The notes under the pieces: model-generated
Told to the model about the DNA's origin: nothing
Database searches by the model: none
The model's input: the letters and a program-made list of their open reading frames with translations, nothing else
Part shown: piece by piece, positions 41,301 through 55,477 of the stretch
Position numbering within the stretch: the stretch's first letter is position 1
Layout: every line of letters starts with the position of its first letter
Made by a program: the position numbers and the translations under genes
Origin: Octopus vulgaris
Taxonomy: Eukaryota
Direction: 5' to 3'
DNA: 64,000 nt
NCBI GenBank assembly: GCA_951406725.2
Contig: OX597814.1
Span: 205,716,001-205,780,000, forward strand

Positions 41301-41580
41301 TTCTTTTCCTCAACAGGCCCTGCCCTATTTAACATTGTCCCGAGGGAGATCAAAGAGGAAAAGGATCCCATCAACTTCAAACAGAGTCTGGATGGATTCC
41401 TTCAAAGAATACCAGACAAGCCACCCATAATTGGATACAACTCACCCAACAAGAACTCACTACTTGAACAAAACTTGACTTAAACAGGATTCGAATAATC
41501 CTATCAGGTGGTGCTATTAAGTTAGACATGGCCTGGACCAATCTCTGGTCGAAACATATCTAAGTTTTATCTAAGTTTTT
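38330..41580 (+). mobile_element. APE-RT non-LTR retrotransposon (CR1/L2-like) ORF2, one frameshift near 38990
   Basis: APE motifs LNVRGI, LTETHL, GLYRPP, MGDFNLP, LDLVLT; RT motifs NYRPISL, LDFSKAFD, GVPQG, FADD; 3' tail (atctaagtttt)x2. Confidence 0.92.
40102..40521 (+). repeat. Exact in-frame 210-bp tandem duplication inside the RT domain
   Basis: 40102-40311 equals 40312-40521; 70-aa block TGSNSDVIYLDFSKAFD...TSGVP repeated. Confidence 0.95.
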
Positions 41581-41610
41581 ATATGCATATATATATATAT
41601 TATTTATATT

Positions 41611-42025
41611 AGGCGCAAGAGTGGCTGTGTGGTAAGTAGCTTGCTAACCAACCACATGGTTCCGGGTTCAGTCCCACTGCATGGATTCTTGGGCAAGTGT
41701 CTTCTGCTATAGCCCCAGGCCGACCAATGCCGTGTGAGTGGATTTGGTGGACGGAAACTGAAAGAAGCCTGTCGTATATATGTATATATGCATATATATG
41801 TGTGTGTGTGTGTTTGTGTGTCTGAGTTTGTCCCCTTAGCATTGCTTGTTTACGTCCCCGTTACTTAGCATTGCTTGTTTACGTCCCCGTTACTTAGCGG
41901 TTCGGCAAAAGAGACCGATAGAATAAGTACTGGGCTTACAAAGAATAAGTCCCGGGGTCGATTTGCTCGACTAAAGGCGGTGCTCCAGCATGGCCGCTGT
42001 CAAATGACTGAAACAAGGAAAGAGT
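41611..42025 (+). mobile_element. tRNA-derived SINE with internal (TA)/(TG) microsatellite
   Basis: A-box-like tggctgtgtgg and B-box-like ggttcagtccc; multiple copies in the window; 29-bp internal tandem duplication at about 41840-41898. Confidence 0.78.
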
Positions 42026-42059
42026 ATATTATATTATATATATATAAATTATAAAGGAT

Positions 42060-42930
42060 ACTGGAGGAGGAATTAGGCGATTCCAACTCGCCAAAACTGA
42101 TGGACAGAATGTTGGCATTAGTCCCCACCCCACCCCAGGTGAGTCACTATTTGTTTAACGAAATATTCCTCCGCAAGCTGTCACCCCAGGTCCAGGCCCT
42201 CATAACTCAGACCGAAATCAAGGACATTTGGGAATTATCAAAGGCGTCTGACGGGCATTTTTTATCCAGTGGTGTCCTGGTCAACGCCATAGGGCCGGTT
42301 CCGGGACGGAGTAGGGTTAAGCAGGATGACCTGTGCTTCTACAATGCAAAGTTTGGTAAAAAGGCGACAAAATGTAAACAACCGTATAGCTTCAGGACCC
42401 CATCACCAGTGAACCAGGGCAACTCTAGGGCCGGCCGATATTGAACACCTTTCTTCGAGCACATTTGCTACTGATGGATTTGCGGGGAAGATGACTGCTC
42501 GACAAAAACACACGCTTCCGTGATTCTTGCAACATCTACACATGTCCCCACCCCCCGCATAGCAACTATCTCGCAGACCAAGAAAGAATTTTCGGATCTT
42601 CTTCTTAGTCGCCCGAATCTATCCACTCCGACATTCTCCAAACCTACAGCCCACCATGGGATGACACACCACATCTCTACCCCGGCTCCCCAGTGCGCAG
42701 CCGCACACGTCGTCTATCACCAGACAAATTGCAATCGCAAAGACCGAATTTGACAATATGGAGGCTTTGGGTATTGTTCGCTAAACAAGCAGTCCCTGGT
42801 CATCACCCCTGCATGTGGCCCCCAAATCCAATGGAGGTTATCGACCCTGCGGAGATTACCGCCGTCTCAACGCGGATACGACACCCGACTGCTTCCCCAT
42901 TCCAAGTATACAAGATTTTCCAGCCTATAA
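42060..42930 (+). mobile_element. Ty3/Gypsy LTR retrotransposon remnant (gag end and RT start)
   Basis: LCFYNAKFGKKATKCKQP gag knuckle; an alternative frame reads SPWSSPLHVAPKSNGGYRPCGDYRRLNADTTPD. Confidence 0.8.
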
Positions 42931-44687
42931 AAGGTGCTAATTTTGGAAAATGTGCTCTACTTCTTACCCCGTTAGCTACGCCAGAGAGACTATGACCAGG
43001 TTCCTCCTATGCCACCACACCTCATAACTTTACTAATTAAAAGATGGTCAACAGGTGCACAAAGTCTTCCCAGATGCTTGTTCAACTCTGATATTATCAC
43101 ACTATCGCAAACAGCCGACCCTTAATGGTTCACACAGCTTGTATAAATGTTACACGTGAGATTCTAACAAGCAATTAATCAGCAGTTTATCGCCAATTGA
43201 TCGATATTATTTTTGAGTATCATTTTTTTTTCTTCTACCAGTGCACTCAACTTGGTATGTTTACTTCCCCGTTGTAAGTTTGATAGTAAAAGTCAATAAG
43301 TTACCTACATAGAAAGTCAGTTTTGTGTTCTACCATCCGAAAATCAATTCTCTTTTGGCTGCTTTCCTCTCTTCAGCTTTGTTACAATCACAAAATTCCC
43401 ACCATTGATCCCTTTGGTTTCGGTTTAAATCGAAAGGCAATAATTCCATCATATCGTTTCTCAAAACCTGCAATCTGAATCAAACCCTTTACTTCTCACC
43501 AGATTTTCCTTCCCAATGAACGACCCCCTACTTTCCTGTGAACGAGTATCTGTGACATTCATTGATTGACCCCCCTCATATCTCATTGAGCAACTGATTG
43601 GTTGCGATGTAATTATTGGTTAATTAATTTATTCTCATCTCCTCTTCCTGCTACCACGTTTCTACTCTCAGCTCTCCGCTCCTCTTCCAGACTAATTCAT
43701 TTATACTCATTTCATCTGTCTCTAAACATTGTTCCCATTTTATTTTTCGGCGGACTTGGTTGGTGTGGTGAGGGTTACTCATTTGTTTGTTGGTGTGTGA
43801 TAAGCAACAGAGCATAACTGATCAATAATTCCGTAGATCAACAATCTATTGTTTACCTTGTTCTTTCATTACATCCGCCTTCCTTAAGGAAGATGTATTT
43901 TTTAAGTCGTGTTTGTTAGTCTGTCCGTGGACAAGATTCTCAAGAACCGGTGGATGGATTCGCATGAAACTTTCAGGGATGTTTGGCCTCGTGACTGGCA
44001 CGAACTTCGTCTGGTTGACTGATGAGTAGTAACAGAAGGCTGCGTCTTCGTATCACGTCGGTGCCATCAATTTATGTAGTGGGAATATATATTCAGTTCC
44101 AGGTGCTGATATGGATACGTGTATGTTATTACAAGATTTCATAGAGAGATCATGAATAAATTCAAGAACAATATTTACTACGTAAAAATGTATTTTATTT
44201 AATGGTCGTTGATGATACGTAATCAAAATGTAGAATCTAGTTGAATGAAATAATCTATGCAAGACAGATCAGAGATAGGAAATATGGAAATAACAGCTAC
44301 GTGGTGATTTTCAGTCATGTGGCGTAGAGAAACAGACGGACATAGCAATGACGTGAATGGCTCTAAGTCTAATCGACTGAGAAGTGAAAGCAGGGTTAGC
44401 AAGCTGTTTTTATTAATGGAACGCTAGATATTCTAGAAACTTCCAAGAGAAGCATTAAGCTTCTTGTATAATAAAGAATCCGCTCTCATGGCAAAGAAGT
44501 TTCCAGAACCTTAGTGAAGGGAGATTACTCTATAAACTTTCTTGCAAGGGACATCATTCAACTATTTAGCTACATAGACCACTACATATATATATACATA
44601 TATGAGAGAGTGGGAAGGGAGGAGGGAGCTGAGTGTCGTTGTGACTGTGAGAATGTCCTGAACCAGCAATATTAATATTATTATTAT

Positions 44688-47600
44688 TTTTCCTTCTTTC
44701 TTCAAATTTTCTTCCGTTTCTCGCCGAGTGTTTTCCATACACCTAGGGAAGAGAAGCTCATTGTATGCATTCCCAGATTACACACGCAAATTCACAGATA
44801 AAATATGTATTTAAAAATTAATAAATAAATAAATTCATGGATGGATGTTATTTTCACAGCGATAGTGCTCTTCTCAGTACATGAGCCGTTCCAGTTGATA
44901 CGATTTTTTGCACTTCCTTGTAGGGATGGTGAGCCTGGAATCATTTTCAAATAGGTTTCAGTACCTTTTTTTATCATTCCTAGAGATCCTACAATCACTG
45001 GTACTGTAGTCGCCTCGAGATGCCACATTTTTTCAGTTTCTATTAGCAGGTCTTTATATTTACTAATCTTGTCAAATTCTTTCGCCACTATATTGTGATC
45101 ACAGGGAATACTCTTGTCAATTAATAAACACATCCTTTTTGTCTGATCTATTATAATAATATCCGGTTTATTAGCTTTTATAGTCTTGTCGGTCCTCACA
45201 GGGAAGTCCCATAGAATCGACACATTTTCTCCCTCAGTCACAGCTTCAGGATGATGTTTATACCATTTGTCAGCGGTTTTGATTTTATAATGCCACATAT
45301 TGTCCAATGTAAATACTGGCCGACTCTGTCATGTCTTGCTTTATATTCTGAAGGTGCTAAGACTCTACACCCTGAGATTAGGTGGTCTGTTGTTTCAGTC
45401 TCCTCGTTACAGAATCAGCATTTTGGGTCAGCTCCATTTTTCATCACATTGGCTTGGTAGTTCCGGGTTAATAAGCTTTGGTCTTGAGCAGCTAATATGA
45501 AACCTCCACTCTCTGCTTTTAGCCCTGAGCTTCGTAACCATTGGTGCGTGTGTTTCTGGTCGACATCAGCTTGTTTGCTACGGGCCACGTACTTGCCATG
45601 GAGAGGTTTCTGTTCCCATCTGCAAGCTAAATTTTCATGTGTTTTTGTCTTTGCAATTAATTTTATTTTCCTTGCAGCTGCAGTTGGCGTATTTCCTTCA
45701 GCTTGATCAATCTGGTATGTATCTAAGAGATCAGCAGCGAATTGTTTGCTCTCTTTGAGAATAGAGTGAAGTCTTTTCAGTCTTTCATGTTTTTCAACAA
45801 GTTTTAGCAGCCAATCTTTGGTTGTTTCAAGGTATTTGGCCAGTCCGATTGTGGTGGTTTTGTATGTAAGCTCAAGCTGGATCAAACCTTGACCTCCCTG
45901 AGCTATGGGAAGGTAAAGGCGATCCACGTCTGCCTTTGGATGGTGCATCTTATTACAAGTCAGTAGCTTGCGGACTTTTCTGTCAATTTTCATTATTTCA
46001 CTGGTATTCCAGTTAAGCACATTGAAGCTATATAGAACAACTGGTACTGCTAAGGAATTTATGGCTAACACCTTATTATATGCATTCAGCTCAGACTTCA
46101 GGACTGCTCGAACTCTTCTATAACATTCTTTCCTAACCTTCTCTTTCATGCTTTCATACTGGATACCAGAGCCTTCATTTATTCCTAGGTATTTATAGGT
46201 TTGTTCCTGCTCAAGTTCCTTTATTACTATTTCGACATCTAATTCGATTGAACTAGACTTTACCAATTTCCCTTTCTTAAAAGTGGCTTTGTCACACTTT
46301 TCAAGGCCAAACTCCATCCCGATATCATCACTGAATCCTTTCACAGTATGTAATAATGCTTCAAGCTCTTCATCATCTTTGCCATATAGCTTTAAGTCAT
46401 CCATATAAAATAGATGGCTTATTTTTCTGTTGTCAATTTTGTAGCCATATCCTGTTCTATTCAGTTCACTTGAGAGTGGTATAAGTGCAATGCAGAAAAT
46501 CAGTGGTGAAAGTGAGTCACCTTGGAAATTTCCACAGTTTATGCTAATGTTGTTTGAGTGCAATACTCCATTAGAATGATATAATTGGAGCTTCGTGTTC
46601 CATAGTAACATATTATACTTTGAAAAATCTGATATCACAAGAGAAATTTTGAAAATGTACAGCGATTTCAGAATCCACGAATGTGGTATGCTGTCAAATC
46701 AATCCATGAAGAGCTGAGATTTCTGCGCTTGTTATGGCAGTTCTCAAGGATCATGCGATTAGTTAAGAGCTGAACTTTGCATCCATATGAGCCTCGTCTG
46801 CATTGGGAATGAGGTTATTCTCTTCCATAAACGTATATGTTTTCTCTACTAGAATAGATGTCAAGATCTTCTAGGTAGTAGATAAACATGTTATAGGCCG
46901 GTAGTTTTGGGGGTCTTTCGTTTTGTTATTTTTGGGGAGGAGGTAAGTAATACTATTTGCCATCCAATGTGGTGTTTTTCCGGGTCTTTCATAATACTAT
47001 TAAATAGTATTACTAACATTTTGTGTGCGGACGAGAGTGATGAGAGCCAGAAATTTGGTACTCTATCAATACCTCGGAATTTTCACTTATGAGCCTTCGT
47101 TAGTGCCCTCCTTAGGTCGGCGATTGAGATGTCTTCCCATACCTGTTCTTGTAGATTTTTGTAGTCATCTTGGGTGCGTTTGATCCACTCTGCATTTTCA
47201 TTGTATGGTTTCTCATCACTCCAGATCCCCTTCCAAAAGTGTTCAACTTCTTCCATTAGGGGTGGATTTTCAATGGTTATTTTTTTTCCCTATTTCCCTG
47301 CAAAATGATTTAGCATTGGATTTGAACATCTTATTTTGTTTGTAGCATCTGATTCTTTTCTCAAGTCTGCGTATTCTCTGAGCTTTTGCTTGAACTTTTT
47401 GTTTAAGTGTTTCTTTCGCTGACATTAGTTCTTCTCTTGTTGAGTGTCCATATTTTCTCATAATCTTCCTGCCTTTTCTTGATCTTACATAATTTCCAGA
47501 GATTAGCTCAGTTAATATTGATATCTCCCTTCGCAATTATTCAATTTCAGTTTCAATTCTACTCCTCCAATTTGATTTTCTCTTCGAATTTGGTATTGTT

Positions 47601-49770
47601 GGCTTTTTGGGTGTTAAACAGCGTCTTTCGATTACCTTAGCGACAGAGTAAATAATTTCATTTAATTTATTAAGATCAGGTTTTAGTTGTTGTATGATTT
47701 CCTGTGTAACGCAGTTGCCAATTTGTGTTTTATGTTGGTGTGCATTTGAGAGTTTATGGAGTGGTTCCCTATCATTCATAGTTGTATGGCCTACAACTGC
47801 AAGCTCATTCAGAACTTCTTGCTTCATTTCAATGATAGATTTTCTGTGTTGTTCAACAAACATGAGGTCTTCAAATTCTGTTTCGACATCATTTTCCGGG
47901 CTGTTTTTTCTAGGGTCATTATATTTTCCTACTTCTTCAGGATCTTGAGTCGTTTCGGCAGATGGTCGCCTTTCAGTCAATGCTTGTGGCCCAACATTCC
48001 TCTCCTCAGCTTCGTTATTTCTTTCCTGACTTATATTTAGGTCATTCTCTACCACTTTTTTAATAGAGGTTAATTCTGCATCTGTGAGTCTGGTATTTCT
48101 GAAGATATCTCTTCTAACATTTGCTAAACTGCTTTCATCCAGGTTTGGTCTGCTAGCTGGATTCCGGCTCCTCCTTGGGCTGGTCTACTTAATGCAAATT
48201 AATAAGCATATATTACTTCTTTATATTCTTCCCGGTTCCATTTAGTTCTTTTACTTTTTTGATTTTCTGGTCGTTGTGGTGGTGAACTTTAGGGGCTTAA
48301 TTTGGGACAAATCCCGTTTAAGTGACCTTCCAGGTTCGTATTCGGGGAAGATATTCAGCCATTTGAAAATTTTTCGCCATCAAGCTGGCAGCCTCCTGAC
48401 GGACGCGCTTCCTGTATAACCATTGGGCAACCGATTCGGTGTACTGTTAGAAATTTTCTTTTCAAGTAAAGTTAAATTATTATTAAGTTTTCATTAAAAA
48501 ATAAATAAATAGATAAAATAAAATAGAAATTAAATAAAAGATTTAACCACTAATTTTCATATAGGGGCCTCATTTATCATCATTAGCAGCCCCAGTAGTT
48601 ATAGCAGCAGCAATATCATTGTCAGCAGCTGCAGCGGCAGTGGTAGTAGCAATAGTAATGACCGCAGCAACAGCATCAGCAGCAGCAGTGGTAGTACCAG
48701 TAGTAGTAGTAGCAGCGGTGGCAGCAGCAGCAGTAGCAGCAGCAATGGTAGCAATAGTAGTAGTAGCAGTGACAGCAGCAGCAGTGGTAGCAGCAGCAGT
48801 AGTAGCAGCAACAGCAACAGTAGTGGCCGTGGTTGTAGCAACAGCAGTAGTAGTAGCAGCAGCAGTAGCAGCAGTAGTAAATACAGCAGCAACACCAGTA
48901 GCAGTAGTAGTAGCAGTAGTAGTAGTAGTAGTAGTAGTAAGTGTGGCTCATGTAATCTTTTTTTTTTAGGTGGGATAGGGGTCCTATCGGTCAAAAAAGT
49001 TCAGCAGCGAACAGTGACCTTAACCTTAAGAAAAATTAAGGAAGGGCCGAGTTACTCTGTTCTGTATTATTTGTGAATAGAGAAGTTGTGTTCGACCAGA
49101 GAGAATCTATAATTAGTATCATTATTTTTTTCCATGTGCGTTTGTGTTATTGCAATACAAAAGTGTTTGCATATTTCGGGTAAGGTAATATTGTAGAGAT
49201 TGAAGTTGACTTTTCTAGAGATGTTTGTATGTCCAGTTAGAAGAACAGGCGTGTTTTTGCAATAAAAAGTATATGTTTACATCTATATTTGAATATTCAG
49301 GGAGGAAGCACAGAAAAGTCAGATTTTCATAGAAAGTTTTAAGGTTCACCAAAGGTAGTCTTTTGTAAGTCCACACAAAGAAAAGAGTGATGTTTTTAGA
49401 AAGAATTAAAAAAATGGATGTATACAGAGGCAATTGTGGGTATTAAAGTTTTTAAAGCTGATCAATTGTGTGTTTGAAAACTGTAGATATGTAAATTTAT
49501 TGACTTATTTTGAAGAGAATATTAAATACTCCCAGGATATTGTAGATATTCCAGTCTTTGAGAGTTATTTTTTAAAGCTGATCGATTGTGTGTTTGAAAA
49601 CTATAGATATGTAAATTTATTGACTTATTTTGAAGAGAATTTTAAATACTCACAGGGTATTGTAGATATTCCAGTCTTTGAGAGTTATAGTGTTTCTATG
49701 GCTTTCGGCTACTGAATTGTCAGAGCAGCGAGGAACACGTCCAGCCGCTGTGAAGGCTGGCGCTCCTCTA
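44688..49770 (-). mobile_element. Full-length but degenerate R4/Dong-type LINE, diverged relative of 31911-37402
   Basis: Fragmented ORFs 44792-48420 are colinear with 33542-37231; homologous 5' UTR; (TAA)n at both ends; 120-bp tandem repeat at about 49448-49687. Confidence 0.9.
48600..48940. repeat. Degenerate (AGC/AGT)n trinucleotide tract in the LINE 5' UTR
   Basis: Direct reading. Confidence 0.9.
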
Positions 49771-49775
49771 ATTTA

Positions 49776-49833
<58 letters not shown>

Positions 49834-49835
<2 letters not shown>

Positions 49836-50955
49836 TATGTTTGACTTTTGCTTTATGTTTGTACAAGTTGGCTCCAAGTCTCACCCAGAGACCTCAAGAG
49901 ACAACAGGTTGGAAGTTCATGTTATTGTTATGCCTAGTGTGCCATATATTTGGGGGGTTTTTTGTGTTGTACTAGTGAATGTCTAATAAATAAATTTAAA
50001 AAAGAAAAAAATGTTTGTTTTAAACCTTGAGATTACATAGAGAGTATTTTGCGTAGGATATGAGCAGTTCCCATGAGCACTATCTTTTGAATTTCTGCCA
50101 TTTTGGGGTTTCCTGGTATCTGAGTTAGGTAGCAATCAGCCCCTTTCGCTATCATTCCCAGGGCACCTATGACAACAGGTATTGTTTTAGTCTTCAGCTT
50201 CCACATTTTGCTGATTTCTATTTCAAGATCTTTATATTTGCTCAGTTTTTGGTAGCTCTTGACAGATACGTTTATATCGATTGGGACAGTCATATCAATG
50301 AGGAAGCATGTTCTTTATTTGAAGTCTTTTAATATGATGTCTGGCCTGTTTGCATCTATCTTTCTGTCAGTTTGAATGGTGAAGTTCCAGAGGAGTGAGA
50401 TGTGGTCATTTTCAAGCACACTGGAGGTGGATTGTGTTCCCACCAGTTTTTTTCATTGGGGCAAATCCATGTTTTTGCAAATTACCCAGTGAATATATTG
50501 TGCAGCTCTATCATGCCTGTTGAGGTACTCTGTAGGCGCTAGAAGACTGCACTTGGAGACAACATGGTCAATGGTTTCATTTTGTTGTCGACATACACGA
50601 CATGTTGGGCTACTGCCGTTCTTTAATATGTTGGCCTTGTAGTTTCTTGTTGGTAGGCATTGATATTGAGCTGCTATGATAAACCCTTCTTTTTCAGATT
50701 TTAAGCCATAGGCCATTAACCATTGATGGGTCAGGGCTTTGTCAATATCTGCATTATTCGCTCTCTTTGGGTATTTGCCATAGAGAGGTTTTTCTTGCAA
50801 TTTATTATTCAGAATATCTAAGGCCGCAGTTTTGGCACGGGTTTTCATGCGCTTAGATTTTTCTGTGCTTTTTTCTCGTATGACTATCTCTAATTCCGAA
50901 ATTTGTTGTATTCGGAATTCACTTAGATATTCCTTTGCCTGTTTTGTTACTGAGT
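49834..50955 (-). mobile_element. 5'-truncated R4/Dong-type LINE (different subfamily)
   Basis: CRVC..ETIDHVVSKC, RHD, KLSKYKDL and IPVVIGALG motifs; (TAA)n on both sides. Confidence 0.88.
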
Positions 50956-51004
50956 ATTATTATTATTATTATTATCCTTATTATTATTATTATTATCATT
51001 ATTC

Positions 51005-53110
51005 AGTAGTTTTATTTTTATAGCGTGCTTTCACTTCACTACCGAGCGCAGCTCTGTGTGCCTTGGGCATGTGCTGTGATTTGTTGTGATGCTCTGATGG
51101 TTATTGTATGGAAAGTGTTCTGCGTAGGATGTGTGCAGTGCCTAGTAGTGCAATTTTCTGTATGTTATATGTGTTTGTAAGTCCTGGTGTTTTTGTTATG
51201 TATTTGTCTGAATATTTTTTTATCATGCCTAATGCACCTACTATGATAGGAATTGTTTCTGTTTTCAGATTCCACGTTCTAGTTACCTCTATTTCCAGGT
51301 CTTTGTATTTTGAGAGTTTCTCCATTTCTTTTAGAGACACGTTGTCATCAGCCGGTATTGATACATCAATTAGAAAGCATTTTTTTTCTTCATGATCTCT
51401 GACTACTATATCTGGTCTGTTGGCCTTAATTTCTCTATCTGTGTGTATCGGCATATCCCAGAGTATGGTTGCTTTCACGTTTTCTGTGACCTTTTCTGGT
51501 GTGTGCCTATACCATCTTTTTTCTGTTGTTATTCCATAATGTTGGCATAGCTTCCAATGTATGTAGGTTCCAACTCTGTCATGTCTGTGAATATATTCCT
51601 TCTTACCCAGGACTGGGCAGCCAGAGATAATATGATTTATTGTTTCTTGTCCATCTCCACATATTCTGCAGTTACTTGTAATATTTCTTTTCATTACATG
51701 TTTTTGGTAATTTCTGGTGGGGAGGCTTTGGTCTTGTGCTGCAATTAAAAATCCCTCTGTTTCTGCTTTGAGTCCTGAGCTTCTCAACCATTGCTGGGAT
51801 TTTTCTTTGTCTATTTCTTTTGCGTTTAGTTTAGTCCAGTATTTACCATGAAGGGGCTTTTCTTGCCATCGTTTTATCATGGTTCGTTGCTGTTCTATTT
51901 TTAGTTTGGATTTCATTTGTTTTATAGCTTTTGTTGTTTCTTCATCTTCTTCTTCTTCTTCATGTTTATTAGGTGGTATGATTTCTTGTTTGTATTTGTC
52001 AGCTTCCTTAAATACTGAGAACAGTTTTTTGTTTTGCTCGTGTTTTGCCGCTATCTGGATCAGTTTTCCTTCCTTCTGAAGTAGATATTTTTGCAGTCCT
52101 ATGGTGGTTATTTTATAGTAGTTTTCCAGCTGTATAAGGCCTCTACCACCTTCTATACGTTGTATATATAGTCTTTCTATGTCATATTTTGGGTGATGCA
52201 TCCTAGATCCTGTCAGTATTTTTCTTGTTTTCCTATCTATTTTGGTCAGTTCATTTCGTGTCCAGTTAAGGATATTGTAGCTGTAACTTATAACTGGGAC
52301 AGCTAAAGTGTTGATACCTATTATAAACGCTCTGTGTTTAGTATTGATCTAACTCGTCTATAATATTCTTTTTTTATTTTCTCTTTCATTTGTGTGTGTT
52401 GTGTCTTATCTAGTTCATGGATTCCTAAGTATTTGTAAGTTTGGCTTTGGGTCTAATTCTTTTATTTCATTGGTTTTATCTAGTGTGATGTTGTTACTCT
52501 TAACTAGTTTTCCGCTTTTCAGGGTTACTTTGGCGCATTTTTCTAATCCAAATTTCATATCTATTTCTTTGGTAAATCCATGAACTGTCTTTAATAGTGT
52601 TTCCAGCTGTTTGTCATTTGCAGCGTATAGTTTTAGGTCATCCATATATAAAAGGTGGCTGATCGTTTTGCCGTAACATTTATATCCGCATCCAGTTCTA
52701 TTTAGCATATCAGATAGAGGTGACAGTGCCAAGCAGAAAAGGAGTGGAGAGAGCGTGTCTCCCTGGAATATTCCTCTTCTAATGGGGATGTCTTTGGTTT
52801 TCATGAGTCCCTCTTTTGTTTGGAGGTGTAGGACTGTTTGCCATTTATTCATAGAGTGCTCTATGAATTTTATGATTGTTGGTGCTACTTTGTTAATGGC
52901 TAGTGTTTCGAGGATCCATGAGTGGGGGATGCTATCAAACGCCTTTTTGTAGTCAATCCAGGCCATACTGAGGCCTTTCTTCTTTCTGTGGCTGTCTTCA
53001 GTTATGGCTTTATTAATCATTAGTTGATCTTTACAGCCATATGAGCCTTTGCGGCATCCTTTCTGCTCTTCTGGGAACAGTTTGTTTTCGTCCAGGTGCT
53101 TGTCCAGTGC
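51005..53110 (-). mobile_element. 5'-truncated R4/Dong-type LINE (third subfamily)
   Basis: WIDYKKAFD, GIFQGDTLSP, YMDD, CRIC..H..C, RHD and RPDIVV motifs; joins (TAA)n at 53111. Confidence 0.9.
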
Positions 53111-53199
<89 letters not shown>

Positions 53200-53306
53200 T
53201 TATTATTATTATCATCATCATCATCATCATCATCATTATTATATTATACACTGTAGTTAATAATCCATAAAACACCCTGAAGTACCTTTAATCTTATTAA
53301 AGAATA

Positions 53307-55477
53307 TCAAATAACTGGATTAACGTCTCCGGCATATGCATTAATTCTTTTGATAATTTTATCTAACATGGTTATTGTTAACCTACGATTTGTATTTATT
53401 ATAGACAACAATTTAGGTATCATAGACGTCATCAATATCAAAGTAATCCTTGTGAACGCTGATAAGTTCAAGTCTTCTCGACTTATTATAGTGTTGCAAG
53501 CAAAGAAAAAAGATACGATTAGAAACAGTTTTATAATGGATTTACCAATCTCGTATCTCAATGGAAAATGATGGTAAACAATTGTCTTGAACAGCTTAGC
53601 GTTTATGAATTCCTCTCCATAGCTTGACTGAACCAAACTTGGACAAACAGTTTTGGTGAGTTTTATAGACTGAACTATTATTGCGTTATACTGCTTTATG
53701 ATGGCGTTCACAATTGCAACGGTATACACAAAAAACATGGCAACAAACCATACGTCACTGACATTATCAGGTTCAGCAAGAATTGTAGCAGCTATCGTAA
53801 ATATGAAATTGCATGTGATTTGAAAACTTGTAAGAAATATATAGATTGTAACGAGAGTCCATAAAAAATACAATGGAAGCAATAGACAAGTAAAAAATAC
53901 AGCAGCAATCTTGAAAATACGAGAATTATTCGTACAGAGTGAGAAGATATAAACTTTAGAATAACTGAAAGGTAAAGTTAAAATCAGATACATAATTGGG
54001 ATTCCATAATAAACGAGGCACAGAAATAATTCGCAGACAGAAAATACAGCAAATAAAATTGTAATGGAAACAAAGAGCCAAAGTGTAATGAATTTCCAGA
54101 AAATATTTCTCCAAATTTTCTTTATACGGTTAATCCAAGTATAAATTATTAGATACCAGAAATTTGGGTTTAGAGCTAGAGAAATATTAGCTTTCATTAC
54201 TGCATAGAGTAGATCATAATCCTGTAGTGTAGAAACATTTAAATTGCCATACTTCTGTAATAATCTCTTATTTTGAATGAGAAACGTGAAAGTGGATCCT
54301 TGATGTAATGTATTATAAGCGACAGTCTCACTTGCTCGACTGGGAAGAACGAAGAGGATAAAATAGAAACATACGTAACAGATTAACCACACAAACGGAC
54401 CACCAAACCAGCCATCTGTATTCTCATAACTTTCTGGGATTCCTAATATTAGGGCGCGATGTCCCAATGGTATACCATCCTGGTAAAGAATTTCTATTGT
54501 TTCATATAAAAAGAAGTAATGCATCAAAAGATCCAGGAAAATTATTGAAAGAGAAGATCGAATAAAAAAGAATCTTCTTAATTTTGAGGCCAAGAAAGTG
54601 GAATGATGAAAGCAAAATAACCAAGACAGAAAATGAGGGAAGTTGTGAGTATTATGGTTTTCGTTGATCCATTCTAATTTGTATGGCAATGTGTTTTGAT
54701 GGGAAAATGAAGGTGATTTCGTTAGTGAAAGAACACTAATAATTAAGGGAAAATATGCCCATACAACAGTTCCGACGATATTTGCATAATTGAGAAACAT
54801 ACTATTTTCCATGATATTTCCAGAACAAATTGATTTTGGGTAATAAACATAGCTTTCATTTTTATAGAGTTTACAGCAATAGTTCTTCACCAACTCTCTA
54901 TTTATACCGATTCTTCTGTTAGCTTTTAATGACTCAGGGCTGTTCTTCTTCATGTCCTCAGATAAATTTATTAGAAAACACATGTAACCAGATTCTCCTA
55001 TTTCCAATGTATCGATATTCTCTTCAATACCCCGAAAATCAAATGTATTAAATCATATCTCTGAATATTTTCTTTCCCACAATTTATATCGATATCAACC
55101 CTTGGAGTAGCAATGTAAGCTCCTAATAAATTCAAAGAGTAAATTGAAAAATCATAATAGAAATTCTTATACGCTATTAAACCATCTGGTTCGTCTGGAA
55201 TCCAGGTAAATTGTCTCGCGTTTGCGAAATAATCCATTCGTACGGGTTTCAGAAGGTCATCAAGTTTTTTATCGGATAAATGGACATCAAAATTGAAAAC
55301 CTTTTTGTCTGATCTTACTAAACGCGATAAAATCTTATGGACATTGGGAGAAATCTTAATTTCACAGTTATTTCCAAGTTCCTTCGCTTCTATGTTTAGT
55401 GATATTTGAACGACAATAAAAGTAATCACAAGGAAAAGTGAACTGCTTGTTGTTATCGTCATCTGCATGGCAGCCAT
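53307..55477 (-). pseudogene. Orphan multi-pass membrane protein, paralog B, frameshifted near 55015
   Basis: ORFs 54998-55504 and 53307-55007 together are colinear with paralog A; apparent 7-nt deletion at KRI..D; ATGGCTGCC start at 55477 lies 10 nt after a pyrimidine-CAG acceptor. Confidence 0.82.

Noticed and set aside
48599-48994. Cys/Tyr-rich or Ala/Val-rich ORFs
   Set aside because: Degenerate trinucleotide repeat inside a LINE 5' UTR
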